Shown: positions 15,091-27,738, counted from the stretch's first letter. The stretch is 64,000 nucleotides of DNA from Malacoraja senta (GCA_038087875.1 CM075989.1:19718001-19782000), one strand, 5' to 3'. Numbers and translations are program-made. The notes: generated from the sequence alone by a model not told the origin.

Positions 15091-16220
15091 ATGGGAAAAA
15101 ACGGGCAGGGGGAAGAGGCGAGCGACTCAGCCGACAGAAAGTCGGGAAAGTCGGGAGTCCGCGGTTAGAGACCAACCGCCTCTAAACCCCGGTACAGTCG
15201 CCAGCGGTGAGCATAGCGACTGTGGACCTGGGGCTGGTGAAAACACAGTCAACGCCTGTCGGGCAAAAGGCAAAGTTTAAATCCCAACGGCCCACGGAGG
15301 GAGTCCCAGGCAATGGAAGTAGCTCCAGGGCTAGATACTGCTTTCGAGCGTATTGCCCAAATAGAAAGCTTTTTACATAGGCTGTTGGAGCAAAGTTCAC
15401 TCAGGTGAAATCCAAGCTGCTGGAAGCAGCTCAACAGCACCTGGTACAGGGCTGATGGAATGCACCCTCAGGGATGAGGAGCGTGCTATGGGTCATGAGA
15501 TTTCAGACCCCGACTCTGACGGTGAGGCTGTACAAGGCGTTGAACGGCAGCTGCCAGATGTTCCACCCCTGGCAGCAGGATTCGCTGCCCCGTCAGGGTC
15601 AGGAGAGCCATTAGGAGAAGAACTGCCTCCTTAAATAAATTACTTGGTTTCCCATCAGCTGGAACAGCAGGAGATGGATGAGACTGCAAGAAAGCATGAG
15701 ACCCCAAGTAACTGTGGGTTGCTGAAAGCAGCAGCAGTGAACCAAATTATCTGGAATCAGTTGCAGAGAATATTAAAGCTGCTGGGTTCTGGAATAACTG
15801 CTTTTACCAGAATAGCAGATAACAGCCAAGAGATGACGAAGTTGCATCAGGAAGCACTGGGGTTGCTATGCAGCACCCACTTCGAGATCAATTATCTGAG
15901 GAAGGTGCTATACGGCCTACTATGAATCCGAAATTCACAGCACTCTGCAAACCAAGTAATATACAATTACCCAACTTACTCTTTGGAGAGGATCTCGGGA
16001 GACGTAATAAAGAGTTGGAAGATGAAGCGAAAACAGGATTGATGAAAACATCAATGGTTGCAAAGTCTGTAAAGAGGAAGTATCCTTTCAGACGTCATAC
16101 GGATCCTGGACCAGGACCAAGTCGCTCATCAACGCAGGGACGTAGCTGGCGGCCTGCAGCGGGAGTAAGAACCAGTGATGGTGCTTCCGGGAGAATCCAG
16201 GGATCTCAGAGTACTCAAAT
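15091..16220 (+). pseudogene. DIRS gag-like ORF1 remnant (fragmented; end approximate)
   Basis: Kozak-like gccATGg at 15091. Fragments such as HETPSNCGLLK and LPNLLFGEDL lie between the ITR and RT. Stops and frameshifts are present. Confidence 0.6.
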
Positions 16221-18012
16221 GACTCAAGAGGTAGGTGGACCTGGTTCTCATGGGAACATACTAATCGGATTAAGTCCAAAAGTTGGAGGCAGATTACGTC
16301 TCTTCTATAACAATTGGAAGAAGATTACGTCAGATGTGGTAATTCTGAATAATATACAAGGATTTTGAATTGAATTCAATCCAAATTATGATTTGCCTGT
16401 CCAGCATGTTCCTAGCAGAACTCTCCACTTTGCAAAATAATGGAGGTTCAAGCTGCGCTTCAAAACCCTATATATAAAAGGTGTTATTGAAGAATCAGTC
16501 TACCAAATTCACCAATTTGGGTCAAATATATTCCCTCGATCAAAAAAGGATGGAGGATGTAGGATTATTATAGACTTGACAAGTCTGAATCCTTTTGTTC
16601 AGTGTCATTTCACTTGGAAGATATGAAGTATCTTAAATTTACATGGATGAACCAGTTAGGGCAGTTCAAAGCTCTGCCTAATGGGTTAATGTCCGCTCCT
16701 AGAATATTCATAAAATTGTTAAAAATCAATTCTGGGGTTGCTAAGAGCCAGGGGCATGTACTAATGGCATACCTGGATGATGTCCTGATTATAGGAAGGA
16801 CAAAACAGTCAACAGAAGCATCTGTTGCAGTTATGAAATCAAACTTTTGAAAGTTTGGGGGTTTGTAAATTCATCCAAAGAAATCAAGGTTAAAAACATG
16901 CACCTCGATTGATTATTTGGGGTTCACAATTGATTCAGCCCAAATGAAAATTACTTTGCCAAGTGAAAAAAGGGTGGAGTTGATTAAAGATTGCAGTAAT
17001 CTGTTAAACGAACAAAAACCTTTAATCAGACAGGTGGCTCGAGTACTGGGAAAATTAGTAGATTCCCAGCAGTCCAGTATGGACCATTACATTATCAACA
17101 GCTGCAGAGAATCAAAGAACAGGCACTGAGAGTAAATGCTGGTCATTTTGATAGAACCATGCAAGTAACAACAAATGCTGTTTCTAATCTGCAGTGGTGG
17201 ATTCTACATGTCTCAAGCAGTTCAGGCAAAGTGCTGATTGAACAACCTTCCATGATATTACAAACTGATGCCAGTGCACTAGGATAGGGTGCAACTGACT
17301 TAACATCTAGCTGCGGAGGCAGATGGAATCAGGAAGAGTTATTGTTACTGCAGACATGGGGAATTACCTATTTGGAGCTTTTAGGAGGTTTCTATGCTTA
17401 TTGTTCTAACAAAAGTTCAAATTAATAAACACAACAGCAGTTGCCTATATTAATGATATGGGTGGAATTAAGTCGGTGTCATGTGACAAAATGGTTAAAT
17501 CAACTTTGGTCTTGGTGTATTGAAAAGAACATTTGGATTTCAGCTATCTATCTACCAGGTAGAATGAACACGATAGCAGACACCAGGTCACGAAAGTTCC
17601 ATGATAATAAAGAATGGATGTTGAATCAAGAGGTATTCAATGATATAGTAATCAGATTTGGAATGCCCGACATTGACTTGAATCATCAGCTATCGAGATA
17701 TGTCTCATGGAAACCAGATCCAGGAGCAGTGGCGATTGATGCTTTCTCGCTACATTGGGGTGGTATGTTTTCATATATATTTTCACCTTTCTGCCTCGTA
17801 AGCCAATGTTTGCTTAAAATCAGGCAAGATGCTGCTTCAAGGCTATTGGTAGTACCAGATTGGCCTACATAGCCATGGTATCCGTTGATATTAGAATTAA
17901 CAACACAAATGTTGATGAAATTCCCAAAAAGGAGTAATTTATTGCTGCACCCTGTAACAGGGGAACAACATCCATTATGTGATCGTTTGGATTTGTTGAT
18001 TTGCAGGTTTTA
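16219..18012 (+). pseudogene. DIRS RT / RNase H / adenine-methyltransferase-like ORF remnant
   Basis: VGGRLRLFYNNWKKITSD, KKDGGCRIIIDLTSLN, FKALPNGLMSAPRIF, AYLDD, QTDAS, YLPGRMNTIAD, PDIDL...DAFSLHW...YIFSPF...LVVPDWP; many stops and frameshifts. Confidence 0.9.
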
Positions 18013-18015
18013 AGA

Positions 18016-18978
18016 ATGCCTTTTCTGGGACGAGGACTGTCTGAGCGTACTGTGGACATGCTTACGGCAGCCTGGAGGAAGAGCACTCAAAAACAGTACC
18101 TTTCTTATATTAAGAACTGGGAAGAGTTCTGTGTACAAAAGAATGTGCAATAAAGGACTGCAGATATTTCAAATGTTTAGAATTTCTGTCAAAACTTTAT
18201 TATGATGAAGGTCTGAGTTGTAGTGCAATTAATTCAGCCAGAAGTGCATTGTCCTCATATTTGGTTCTGGATTCAGAAAGAAACCCAATTGGGTCACACC
18301 CAATTGTTTCCAGACTAATGAAAGAAATCTTTAATTCCAAACCACCGAAACCTAGGTACATGACAATCTGGGATGTAAGTGTGGTACTGAAACTACTTCG
18401 TGAATGGTCATCAAGTGTGTCTTTACCTTTGGCCAAGCTCAGTATGAAAGTATTCATGCTTATGGCATGAGTGACAGCACAACGAGCAAACACTTGGAAA
18501 ATTACAAATAGACAGTATGGAAGTAACTGAAGATAAGGTTACATTCTATATCTATGACCTACTAAAGCAAATTAGGCCAGGTGTGACAGGATTTAAAATT
18601 ATGCTAGCAGCATATCCAAATGATCCTTGTCTCTGTATTAAGACATATTTGTTACAATACATTGAGGTCACAAAGAATTTGAGAAATACGGAAACTGGGT
18701 TGTTGATCACACACAAGAAACCATACAAGAGAGTTTCAATACAGACTATTTCCAGATGGATAAAAGAAGTCTTAACAGCTGCTGGTATTAACACTTATGT
18801 TTTTACGTCTCACTCGACTAGGGCAGCAGAAACGCCGGCGGCCAGGGCAAAAGACGTCCCCGTCGACCATATCCTCGCAGCCGCCAGGTGGTCCAATGAG
18901 TTGATGTTTCAACATTTTTACCATCGGCCTATTGTTAATGTGGGATTGTTTGCAGAAACTATTTTAAGTTCTGTGTAA
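18016..18978 (+). pseudogene. DIRS tyrosine recombinase ORF remnant
   Basis: MPFLGRGLSERTVDMLTAAWRKSTQKQY..., HPIVSRLMK...PPKPRYMTIWDV, TISRWIK...FTSHSTRAA...FQHFYHR; internal stops and frameshifts. Confidence 0.92.
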
Positions 18979-19147
18979 ATTCCTCTGGTTTAAAGGGGAT
19001 CTGATTAATTTCATTATTGAAATGAATTACTGCATTTGTGGTACAAATGTTATTATGAATGCATGATTGATTATTTCTCGTTCCGAGTCAATCAATGCAG
19101 TGAGAAGCCGGGATTGATCTACGGCATGAAATCACAAAGCTTTAAAA

Positions 19148-19261
19148 TCTTCACGTAGTCACTCACGTGACTCCAAAGTAAAATAGTAAGATTAAACGAG
19201 AACCTACCTAAGTTTGAAGTTTGATCTTTATTTTATGAGGAGTTACGTAGGTGATTACGTG
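19148..19261 (+). repeat. DIRS internal complementary region (ICR)
   Basis: The first part is complementary to the left end. 19182-19261 is complementary to the right end 19414-19493 (2 mismatches in 80 nt). The two halves overlap at AAT. Confidence 0.93.
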
Positions 19262-19384
19262 CCCGCCACGACCCTACCCTCTATCATAAAGGTCAGATGG
19301 AAGTTCTTGTATTACTCGTTTTATTATGAGACTATATTACTTCGGTTGTTGTTTTTTGTGATTTCACACCGCTGCTTTGAAGAT

Positions 19385-19493
19385 TGACGCGCAGGCGCAC
19401 TGGCGGGGTTCTTCACGTAATCACCTACGTAACTCCTCATAAAATAAAGATCAAACTTCAAACTTGGGTAAGTTCTCGTTTAATCTTACTATT
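19385..19493 (+). repeat. DIRS right inverted terminal repeat with 3' extension
   Basis: tgacgcgcaggcgcactggcggggttcttcacgta...taatcttactatt pairs with both the left ITR and the ICR. Confidence 0.93.
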
Positions 19494-19679
19494 CTTGATT
19501 AGTTTATGTGTCACAGGTTATGGGAAGGCAGGAAAATGGGGTTAGGAGGGAGTGATAAATCAGCCATGATTGAATGGTGGAGTAGACTTGATGGGCCAAA
19601 TGGCCTAATTCTAACCCTATCACTTATGCCCTTATAACTCTTCCCTCTCCCCAAGATAGCATTGTTTTTAGCAGACTAA

Positions 19680-20071
19680 AGCCCCTGTCCCACTTAGGAG
19701 ACCTAAACAGCAACCTCTGGTGACCTTGCCCGCCACCCAAGGTTTCCATGAGATCACCGGAGGTTTTGGTCACTCTCCCTAATGGTCGAAAGTGGTTTCC
19801 GCGAGGTCGAGGCTTCATCTAGGTTGCTGCTATTTTTTCATCAGGATTAAAACCGGCCTCGACTTAAAATAGGTTGCCGTTTTAAAAATCGATTGTTTTT
19901 TTAGTCGCAGGTCTAGTCAAAGCCGGTTTTCTTCATAGTCGAGGAAGGTTTTCAACATATGCGTGGGAGGTGGTAGGAGGTTGCAGGTCACCTCGACCTT
20001 GATTTTTTTTTTGGGTGGCGGGCAAGGTCACCAGAGGTTGCTGCTTAGGTCTCCTAAGTGGGACAGGGGCT
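19680..20071. mobile_element. PIF/Harbinger-type MITE
   Basis: About 60-bp TIRs AGCCCCTGTCCCACTTAGG.../...CCTAAGTGGGACAGGGGCT with TAA on both flanks (3-bp TSD). Confidence 0.88.
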
Positions 20072-20125
20072 TAACAATACCTACTGACCATTTATTTTGC
20101 AAAATAGCAGCTCCAGCAGTGCATT

Positions 20126-20185
20126 ACCTGATAATTGCCTGTCTTAAGTACTTAACCTGATAATTGCCTGTCTTAAGTACTTAAC
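20126..20185. repeat. 29-bp tandem duplication containing the palindrome TTAAGTACTTAA
   Basis: cctgataattgcctgtcttaagtacttaa occurs twice in tandem. Confidence 0.9.
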
Positions 20186-20451
20186 TCCAAATTATGATTT
20201 AATTCACCTGGCCCATTGATAAGAGAGCTCCCATAATGAGCCTAGACGCCAACTAGTCTCAGGTGTGTAAAGTTCAGTCTCTGAGCAAATAATGCCACTC
20301 CTCCAAAATTCTTCCATGCCATACTTGTTAGTGGCATTTATGAGGCTTTTGGACAGGCACATGGGCACGCAGGGAATGGAGGGATATGCATTATGGTACA
20401 GTACAGACATTGTGGGCCGAAGGGCCAGTTGCGGTGCCACACTGTTCTCTG

Positions 20452-20968
20452 CGTAGGAAGGAACTGCAGATGTTGGTTTACACCAAAGATAGACACAAAA
20501 TGCTGGAGTATCTCAGCAGGACAGGCAATGGTTCTGTAGAATCCAGAGATTATCTCCTGACCTGAGATGCTGCCTGACTTGTGGAGTGTCTATCTGTAAT
20601 CTTCTATGTTCCAGAACAGCATCTCATATTTCACTTGGGCAGCTTACAGCCCCGTGGTATGATTTTTGATTTCTCTAACTTCAAGTCACCCCGGCATTCC
20701 CTCTCTCTCCATCCCGCCCCCACCCAAGTCCCACCAGCTTCTTGTTCTCACCCAGCAAACAGCTAACAATGGCCTGTTTCCTTTATCATCGTCACTTTTT
20801 TGAAAATCTTTCATTCATTTTTCTTTATCTCTCTACGTCATCGTCTATATCTCTCGCTTCCCTTTTTCCTAACTAGTCTGGAAGGGTCTTGACCCAAAAG
20901 GTCACCCATTCCTTCTCTCCAGAGATGCTGCCTGTCCCGCTGAGTTACTGCAGCTTTTTGTGTCTATC
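20452..20968 (+). mobile_element. Penelope-like element 3' fragment
   Basis: EQHLIFHLGSLQPRGMIFDFSNFK remnant flanked by inverted pLTR-like repeats. Confidence 0.7.
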
Positions 20969-23172
20969 TATGTTCTATGATACAGCAGTTCTTTGCTTAT
21001 CACACTGTGGAGTTTTACACTTTGCTGCACCCATTTTCCTTTCAGGTCAAAACAATCAATTATTCCCATTGCAACAGAGAAATAAACCAGTTCAGAACTT
21101 CAGTGTTCCTAATTGAGAGAAATAAACATCCTGATTTTCATTGTACTCTTTGGAACCCTCGCTGGTAATTGGAAAATTTAATGATCATTGCCGTGAAATT
21201 TATTCCCGATCAGTCTTATGCGCACAATGTAATCTCTTCCATTTCCAAAAATCGGTTTTAGTTTGGTTTAATTTAGAGATACAGCACGGAAACAGGCCTT
21301 TCAGCCCATCGAGTTCACACCGACCAGCGATCCCCGCATACCAACACTATCCTACACACACTAAGTTCAAGTTCAAGTTCACATTCATTTGTTACATGCA
21401 CCAATTAAGGTACAGTGAAATGAGTCACCATGCAGCCATACAATCAAAAAGAACACAATACACAATAGAATTTAACATAAACATCCACCACAGTGGAATC
21501 AACGTCCTTCACTGTGATGGAAGGCAGTAACGTTCCGTCAATCTTCATCCTTTCTTCACCCGTGGTTGGTGGCCATGAATCCTCCATAGTTTATTGTATG
21601 GCTGTATGGTGACCACACATTTCACTGTGCCAACTTATAACCATATAATCATTACAGCATGGAAACAGGCCATCTCGGCCCTTCAAGTCCGTGCCGAACA
21701 CTTTCCCCCCCCCCTCCCCCTTCTTTCTTCCCCCTAGTCCCAGCTACCTGCATGTACAAGCCTGATGTACAAGCCCTCTCGATGGGATGGTCGAAACTCT
21801 GGCGTCGGGATGGATCGGAACTAGAGACAATTTTACTCGGTCAATTAACCCACAAACCAGTATGTCGTGGGAGGAAAGCTGAGCACCAGGAGAAAACCTA
21901 CGCAGGTCACGATGAACGTACAAACTCCGTACAGACGGCACCCGTAGTCAGGATCGAACCCTGGTGCTGTACGGCAGCAACTCTCCCATGCTGCCCTATT
22001 GTCTTGCATTGTAATGAAGTCACTGTGGGTGGTTTTGACCACAGACTTTCTGAGCACACGTGCCCTTGAGGTAATAAAAGAAGCATTAACGAGGTGGAGG
22101 TGTGATGTGGAATGCAAAGCTACATCTATCATTTTTATATATAAAACACTTTTCGATACTGGCAGTCTTTCCTTGTTCTAAAACAGCATTTGTGATTGGA
22201 ATGAGGGATTGGAACTAACGCCCAAACCCCTGTTTCAAATCCCAAAGTAATGAAAGTTAGAGAAGTCCAAAAACGCATTGACATATGCACTAAATTATAA
22301 CGGGGTATTACAGAGAGCTGACCTCGAATGCTTGTCATCTGGCTAAACTAATGATCAGAAGAGAGGGCAAATTCATTCTTTCATAGACCTCACTTAGGCT
22401 TAGTGTGACCTTGTGTAACATTTCGGCCTGACACTTTTATTGATTAGATCTAGCAGCTAATGCACTGAGCAGCGCTGTACCTGGCGCCTTCCTCGGGCAT
22501 TTTTCCTCGACATCTTAATTTAAACTGCTCTTGCTGAAGCACCAGCAAAGAACAAAAGAATTTGAGTGGCCCAACATGGCCAGTGCGACTTACAAAGAGT
22601 GCATTATCGTTTGCTGCAATCATTTCCTCCTTCTTGATCCCTTTCATAAATCATAAAGGCCGCTGAACATGATCACCTTATATACCTACACTACCCACCC
22701 TTTCGCACCGATTCAGCCTCGGTCTGACGGTATAAACGAGCCTCTGAAGGAAAGCTTGCAAGAATAGCAGAGGGAGAAACTACGATGTGTAGGAAGGAAC
22801 TGCAGATGCTGGTTTTACACCGAAGTTAGACACAAAATGCTGGAGTAACTCAGCGGGACAGGCAGCATCTCTGGAGAGAAGGAATGGGTGACGTTTCGAG
22901 TCGAGACCCTTCTTCAGAGCCGAAACGACACCCGTTCCTTCTATCTGCCTGTCCCGCTGAATTACTCCAGCATTTTGTGTCTATCTTCCGTAATGCCGCA
23001 AGAATTAGTTCTTGACTCTACAATTGTTCACTATTTTGGTCAGTGTGGGTAAGAGGGGCTTGTTTCCACGCTGTCTCACATACCTCACTTCGGTAGCTTA
23101 CAACCCAATGGTATGAACATTGAATTCTGCAATTTTCGGTAACAAAGGTGGCGCAGCAGTAGAGTTGCTGCC

Positions 23173-23440
23173 TTGGTTCTTGGTTTCTTGGTCCTCCAAA
23201 ATATTCCAAATGGAATTTAAACTGGAGGTGGTGGAGGGAGGACTTAAGCCAGAAAGGGTTTTTGGGAAGAAAGACCTACCTTAAATTTAGTTGCATCTGG
23301 TTGGGTAACTAAAGTAGGGTGGAGATTATTCCATGCTTTAATTGTGCGGGGGAAGAACAAATTGCTGTACACATCTGTCTTGGTAGCTGGAATCACAAAT
23401 TGTATCAAATGCCCTCATCTGCTCCTAGTTGGTTTGGGTT
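23173..23440 (-). mobile_element. CR1-group LINE 3' end nested in a SINE
   Basis: IQFVIPATKTDVYSNLFFPRTIKAWNNLHPTLVTQPDATKFK...LA* plus (ACCAAGA)n tail; splits the SINE head at gttgctgcc|agcgccag. Confidence 0.7.
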
Positions 23441-24727
23441 AGCGCCAGACACCCGGGTTCGATCCTGACGACGGATGCTGTTCGTACAGAATTTGTACGT
23501 TCTCCCCGTGGGTTTTTTCCGGGATCTCCAGTTTCCTCCAACACGCCAAGGACGCACAGGTTTGTAAGCTAATTGGCTTGGTATAATTTGAATTGTCACT
23601 GATGTGTGTAGGATAGTGTTAGTGTGCGGGGATCTCTGGTTGGCGCGGACTCGGTGGGCCAAAGGGCCTTTATCCGTGCTGTATCTCTAAACTAAACTAA
23701 ACTAAACCCTACCCCCTCCTTTTCTCCCCCTCCCTTCTCTCTGCCCCACCCATTCCTGCTCATCCATTCCTCCCACTATCCCATTCCCCTACCCAATCCC
23801 TCACCACCCATTCCCCAAATATTCCTTCCTCCAGCTCCACATTTCACTCCTTTCCTTATCTGATACCCTTTCATCTTTTTTTACCTCTAGCCTTTGTTCG
23901 CCCATTTGCCAATCACCTCCCATCCCGAAATGTTGCCAAAACACGTTCTCCAGAGATGCTGCCTGGCTTGCTGAGTTACTCCAGCACTTTGTGTCTTTTC
24001 TTGTAAACCAGCATCTGCAGTTGCGTGTGTATACACCTATCACTTGCCAGGCCTTGTCCCATCCTCACTTCTTTTCCAGCTTCGACCCTCTATTACAAAC
24101 AGTCTGAAGAAATACCCCAATCCAAAACATTGCCTATCCATGTCTTCCAGAGATGCTGCCTGACTCGCTGAGTTACTCCAGCACTTTGCGGTTTCATCTC
24201 TCGGGTCAATGGGGAAAGAAAACGCCATTTATGTAGCATCTTGTCATCCTAAGAGTTCTCTGAAAGAAATTCTCAGCCAACGAATTGCTTTTGTTTTGAA
24301 GTATATTGACTATTCTCTGATCCATAATGAGCACATATTTAGCAGGGTCATCATGCAAGGCCCTGGTCATTTTAATAGAAACACAGCAAAACGGTGATGA
24401 TGGAAATCTGGAACTGAGAATGGTGGAAACATTCAACTATTCATATGACATCTGTGAAGAGCAACACAGTTTCTTCTCACCATAAGCTTTGACGCCCTTA
24501 CTAATCAAGAACCTATCAACCTCCGCGTTAAAAATACCCAATGGTTTGGCCAACACAGCCATCGGTGGCAATAAATTCCACAGATTCACCACCCTCTGGC
24601 GAAAGAAAGTCCTCCTCGTGGATCCTGTGCAGGCAGAGATTAGTTTAACTTCAGTCTGAAGAAGGGTCTGGACCCGAAACGTCACCCATTCCTTCTCTCC
24701 AGAGATGCTGCCTGACCTGCTGAGTTA

Positions 24728-25057
24728 TAGCCATGTCCCACGGTACGAGTTCATTCCAAAAGCTCTACCGAGTTTTTAAAAAATCAAACTCGTGGTAAGC
24801 ACGGAGAATGAACGTAGCGGGTACGTCGGAGCTCGGGGACGTCTCTTAGCGGCTCGTTACGCTAACAGCAGGTACTCGGGAAGACTTGCTAACGGCAGGT
24901 AAGCACGGGAAGACACGTGAAGATTTTTCAACATGTTGAAAAATGTCCACGAGAGCCCCGGGTACCGACGAATGGCCATTACCGTAAATCTCCGAGTTCG
25001 AATCAGGGCAAACTCGGGAGAGCACTTGGAATGAACTCGTACCGTGCGACAGGGCTT
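24728..25057. mobile_element. PIF/Harbinger-type MITE, family B copy 1
   Basis: TIRs AGCC(A)TGTCCCACGGTACGAGTTCATTCCAA / TTGGAATGAACTCGTACCGTG(C)GACAGGGCT; TTA/TAA flanks; splits a Penelope-derived repeat at gagtta|ctccag. Confidence 0.85.
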
Positions 25058-27738
25058 TAACTCCAGTATTTTGTGTCTATCATTGGTTTAAACCAGCATC
25101 TGCTGTTCCTTCCTACACATTAGTTTAACTTGCCCTCCTTTTTGGGCATGGCCATCGTGGGCCAAAGGGCTTGTTCTTGTGCTGTGCTGTTCAATGTCCT
25201 AATGTTATCAAGCCCTGCTTCTTGATCGTTACCGATTCTAATTATTTCTCAATCGATGGGCAAGCCTTCAGCTGGCAATATGAAATTCCCTCCCTGGACC
25301 TCTTCACTGATCTAACTTCCTTCCTTCAGGATCCCGTCACCAGGACCACTTTAGGTCACTTTCCATCTGAAGAAGTTGTCGCAACCCGAAATGTCACCTA
25401 TTCCTTTTCTCCAGAGAAGCTGTCTGACTTGCTGAGTTACTCTAGCTTTTTGTGTCTACTTCCACTTTCGGTCATTGGCCTTAATATCTCCTTACGTGAC
25501 TCGGTGTCAAAACATGTTAATATTTTCCTGAAGACCCATCTAATCTTTTCCCCACAACAAAGACATCGTGGAAATGCAAGCTTTCATTGCAAAATTCAGA
25601 AAAGTGATTTCAGAATGTTACGACTGTAATCACAGGAGACAAGAAAACCAATACAATGTGGTGGTGTCACAGATAAGCTAAATTCAATCATTATCTAACA
25701 TCCCTTCGACATTTTTGCATTTCACATACAAAATTGTCTTCTGTAAACAAACCCTCAAGCCTTTGTTTTGAAAGCAGTGAATAAAATATTTCACTAGGTG
25801 GTGTTTAGGGCTGGGAAACAATCAGATTTTTTCAGTTACAGATTTCTTAAAAAACAAAGGAATACAGTTATTCTCAGATATAAAAAACATCCTGTACTCT
25901 GATATGCATGAAGGTCCTAGATATTAAAGTCTTCATTTACCAGAATGCTGCTGCCTATTCAACAGTTCAATGGGGCATTATTGTCACTCGTGCAAATGCA
26001 GAGTGGTCCTTTACTTACACACAGTCCAGTAGAGTATTGCCATAACTAAGTGCAGTCCGGTTAGCAAAGTGTACAGTAATAGTCCACTGTGCCCGCACGC
26101 AAGAGATGCCCTAGAGCTTTTTAATTATTCCATTCTTGGCTTCATTTACATGTTCAGTTTTAGCTTAGTTCAGAGATAGTTTGGAAACAGGCCCTTCGGC
26201 CCGCCGAGTCCGCGCTGACCATCGATCCCTCGTTCACAGGTTCTATGTAATCGCACTTTCGCATCCGCTCGGCACACACTTGGGGCAATTTACAGAGGAG
26301 CCAATTAGCCCGTGAACCCGCAAGTCTTTGGGATGTGGGAGGAAACCGGAGCACCTGGAGGAAACCCACGCGGTCACAGGGAGAACTTGCAAATTCCACA
26401 CAGACAACATCAGCGGACAGGATCAAACCCTGGTCTCTGGAGCTGTAAGGTTCATGTAGTGTGTTCTAGCCTGATCGTCCTGCTATTTTCTGAAGAAGGA
26501 TCCTGGCCTGAAACGTCACCTATCTGTTCCCTCCGCAGATGCTGCCCAACCCAGCTGGGTTCCTCCAGCACTTTGTGTTTTGCTCACGATTCTGGCATCT
26601 GCAGTACCTTGTGTCTCCATCCTGCTCTTATGAGGTCAGAAGGTCAGATGTGATAGGAGCAGAATTAGGCCATTCGGCCTATCAAGTCTACTCCACCATT
26701 CAATCATGGCTGATCTATCTCTCCCTCCTAACCCCATTCTCCTGTCTTCTCCCCATAACCCTTGAACACCACACAACACTAACCTCAGCAACGATGATCT
26801 TCTATCGAATGTCTATAGTTCTCTAATGTCTGTGCATCGTGTTTTGCTCTATCATGGTCACCTAATATTACTGATATTAGTTGATTGTATAATTTGATTA
26901 TTGTGTATTATCGGTATGTTATTGCATTTACGAGTCTATTAAAGCTGCAGCACATAAGAATTTCATTGTTCTGTCGTATACAGTATATATATGGCAATGA
27001 CACCCTGTTGATTCTTGACAATATTTAAATGTTGGCAGTATTTCACATTGTCACATCAGCATTCAGAGGCTGAGGGAATTAGCCAGTCCCTCCATACTTG
27101 AAGGTTGTACCAAATCACAAGGAAATCAAGCCTCCTTACACCAGACGGCTTCAAACAGAAAAGCTGAGATTTTAAAATCCCCAGCTCTGTTTCATCGAAT
27201 CCCCGATGGACTTATCAGTTCCATTGCTACAAACCTCCTCCAGGCCTGCAATCCTTTGAGATTTCTACCTTCCTCCAATGCTGGCCTCTTCTACATCTCT
27301 GGTTGTCGTGACTACTTCACATGCAGCAGCTTGTTCCGAAGCCTTGGCCCTAAGCTCTGGAATTTCCTCCTTAACCCTCTTTACCTCATCATCAATTTCC
27401 CTCCCTTAAGATGTTTGTTAAAAATGTCTTCGACCGGGCAATCGATCACCGCGTGCTAACATCTTAGAACGTGGCTCAACGTCAAAGGTTTTTTATGGTG
27501 TCCCTGTGAAGGACATTTGGAACATTTTACAACAAAAGAGATGCTATATAAATTGAAATTGCTGTTGTTAAATAAAGATTGAGGGTCTCTGACTCAAGAG
27601 TGGAATATCAATGCTCAACAAGAGAGAGACAGACAGGGGTTGTTTTCTCTGTAGTATGATTATCAATATTGCCAGCTCACAATAAGTGTTAATAGCCCAC
27701 AGCATATTACTCTGCTGATAAACGCACAGCAAATTAAT

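Larger units (their letters stand above)
14881..19493 (+). mobile_element. DIRS1-like tyrosine-recombinase retrotransposon, both termini intact, ORFs disrupted
   Basis: Inverted termini plus an internal complementary region; gag-like, RT (AYLDD), RNase H (TDAS), adenine-methyltransferase-like and YR (HSTR) remnants; ATT at both ends; no TSD. Confidence 0.95.
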
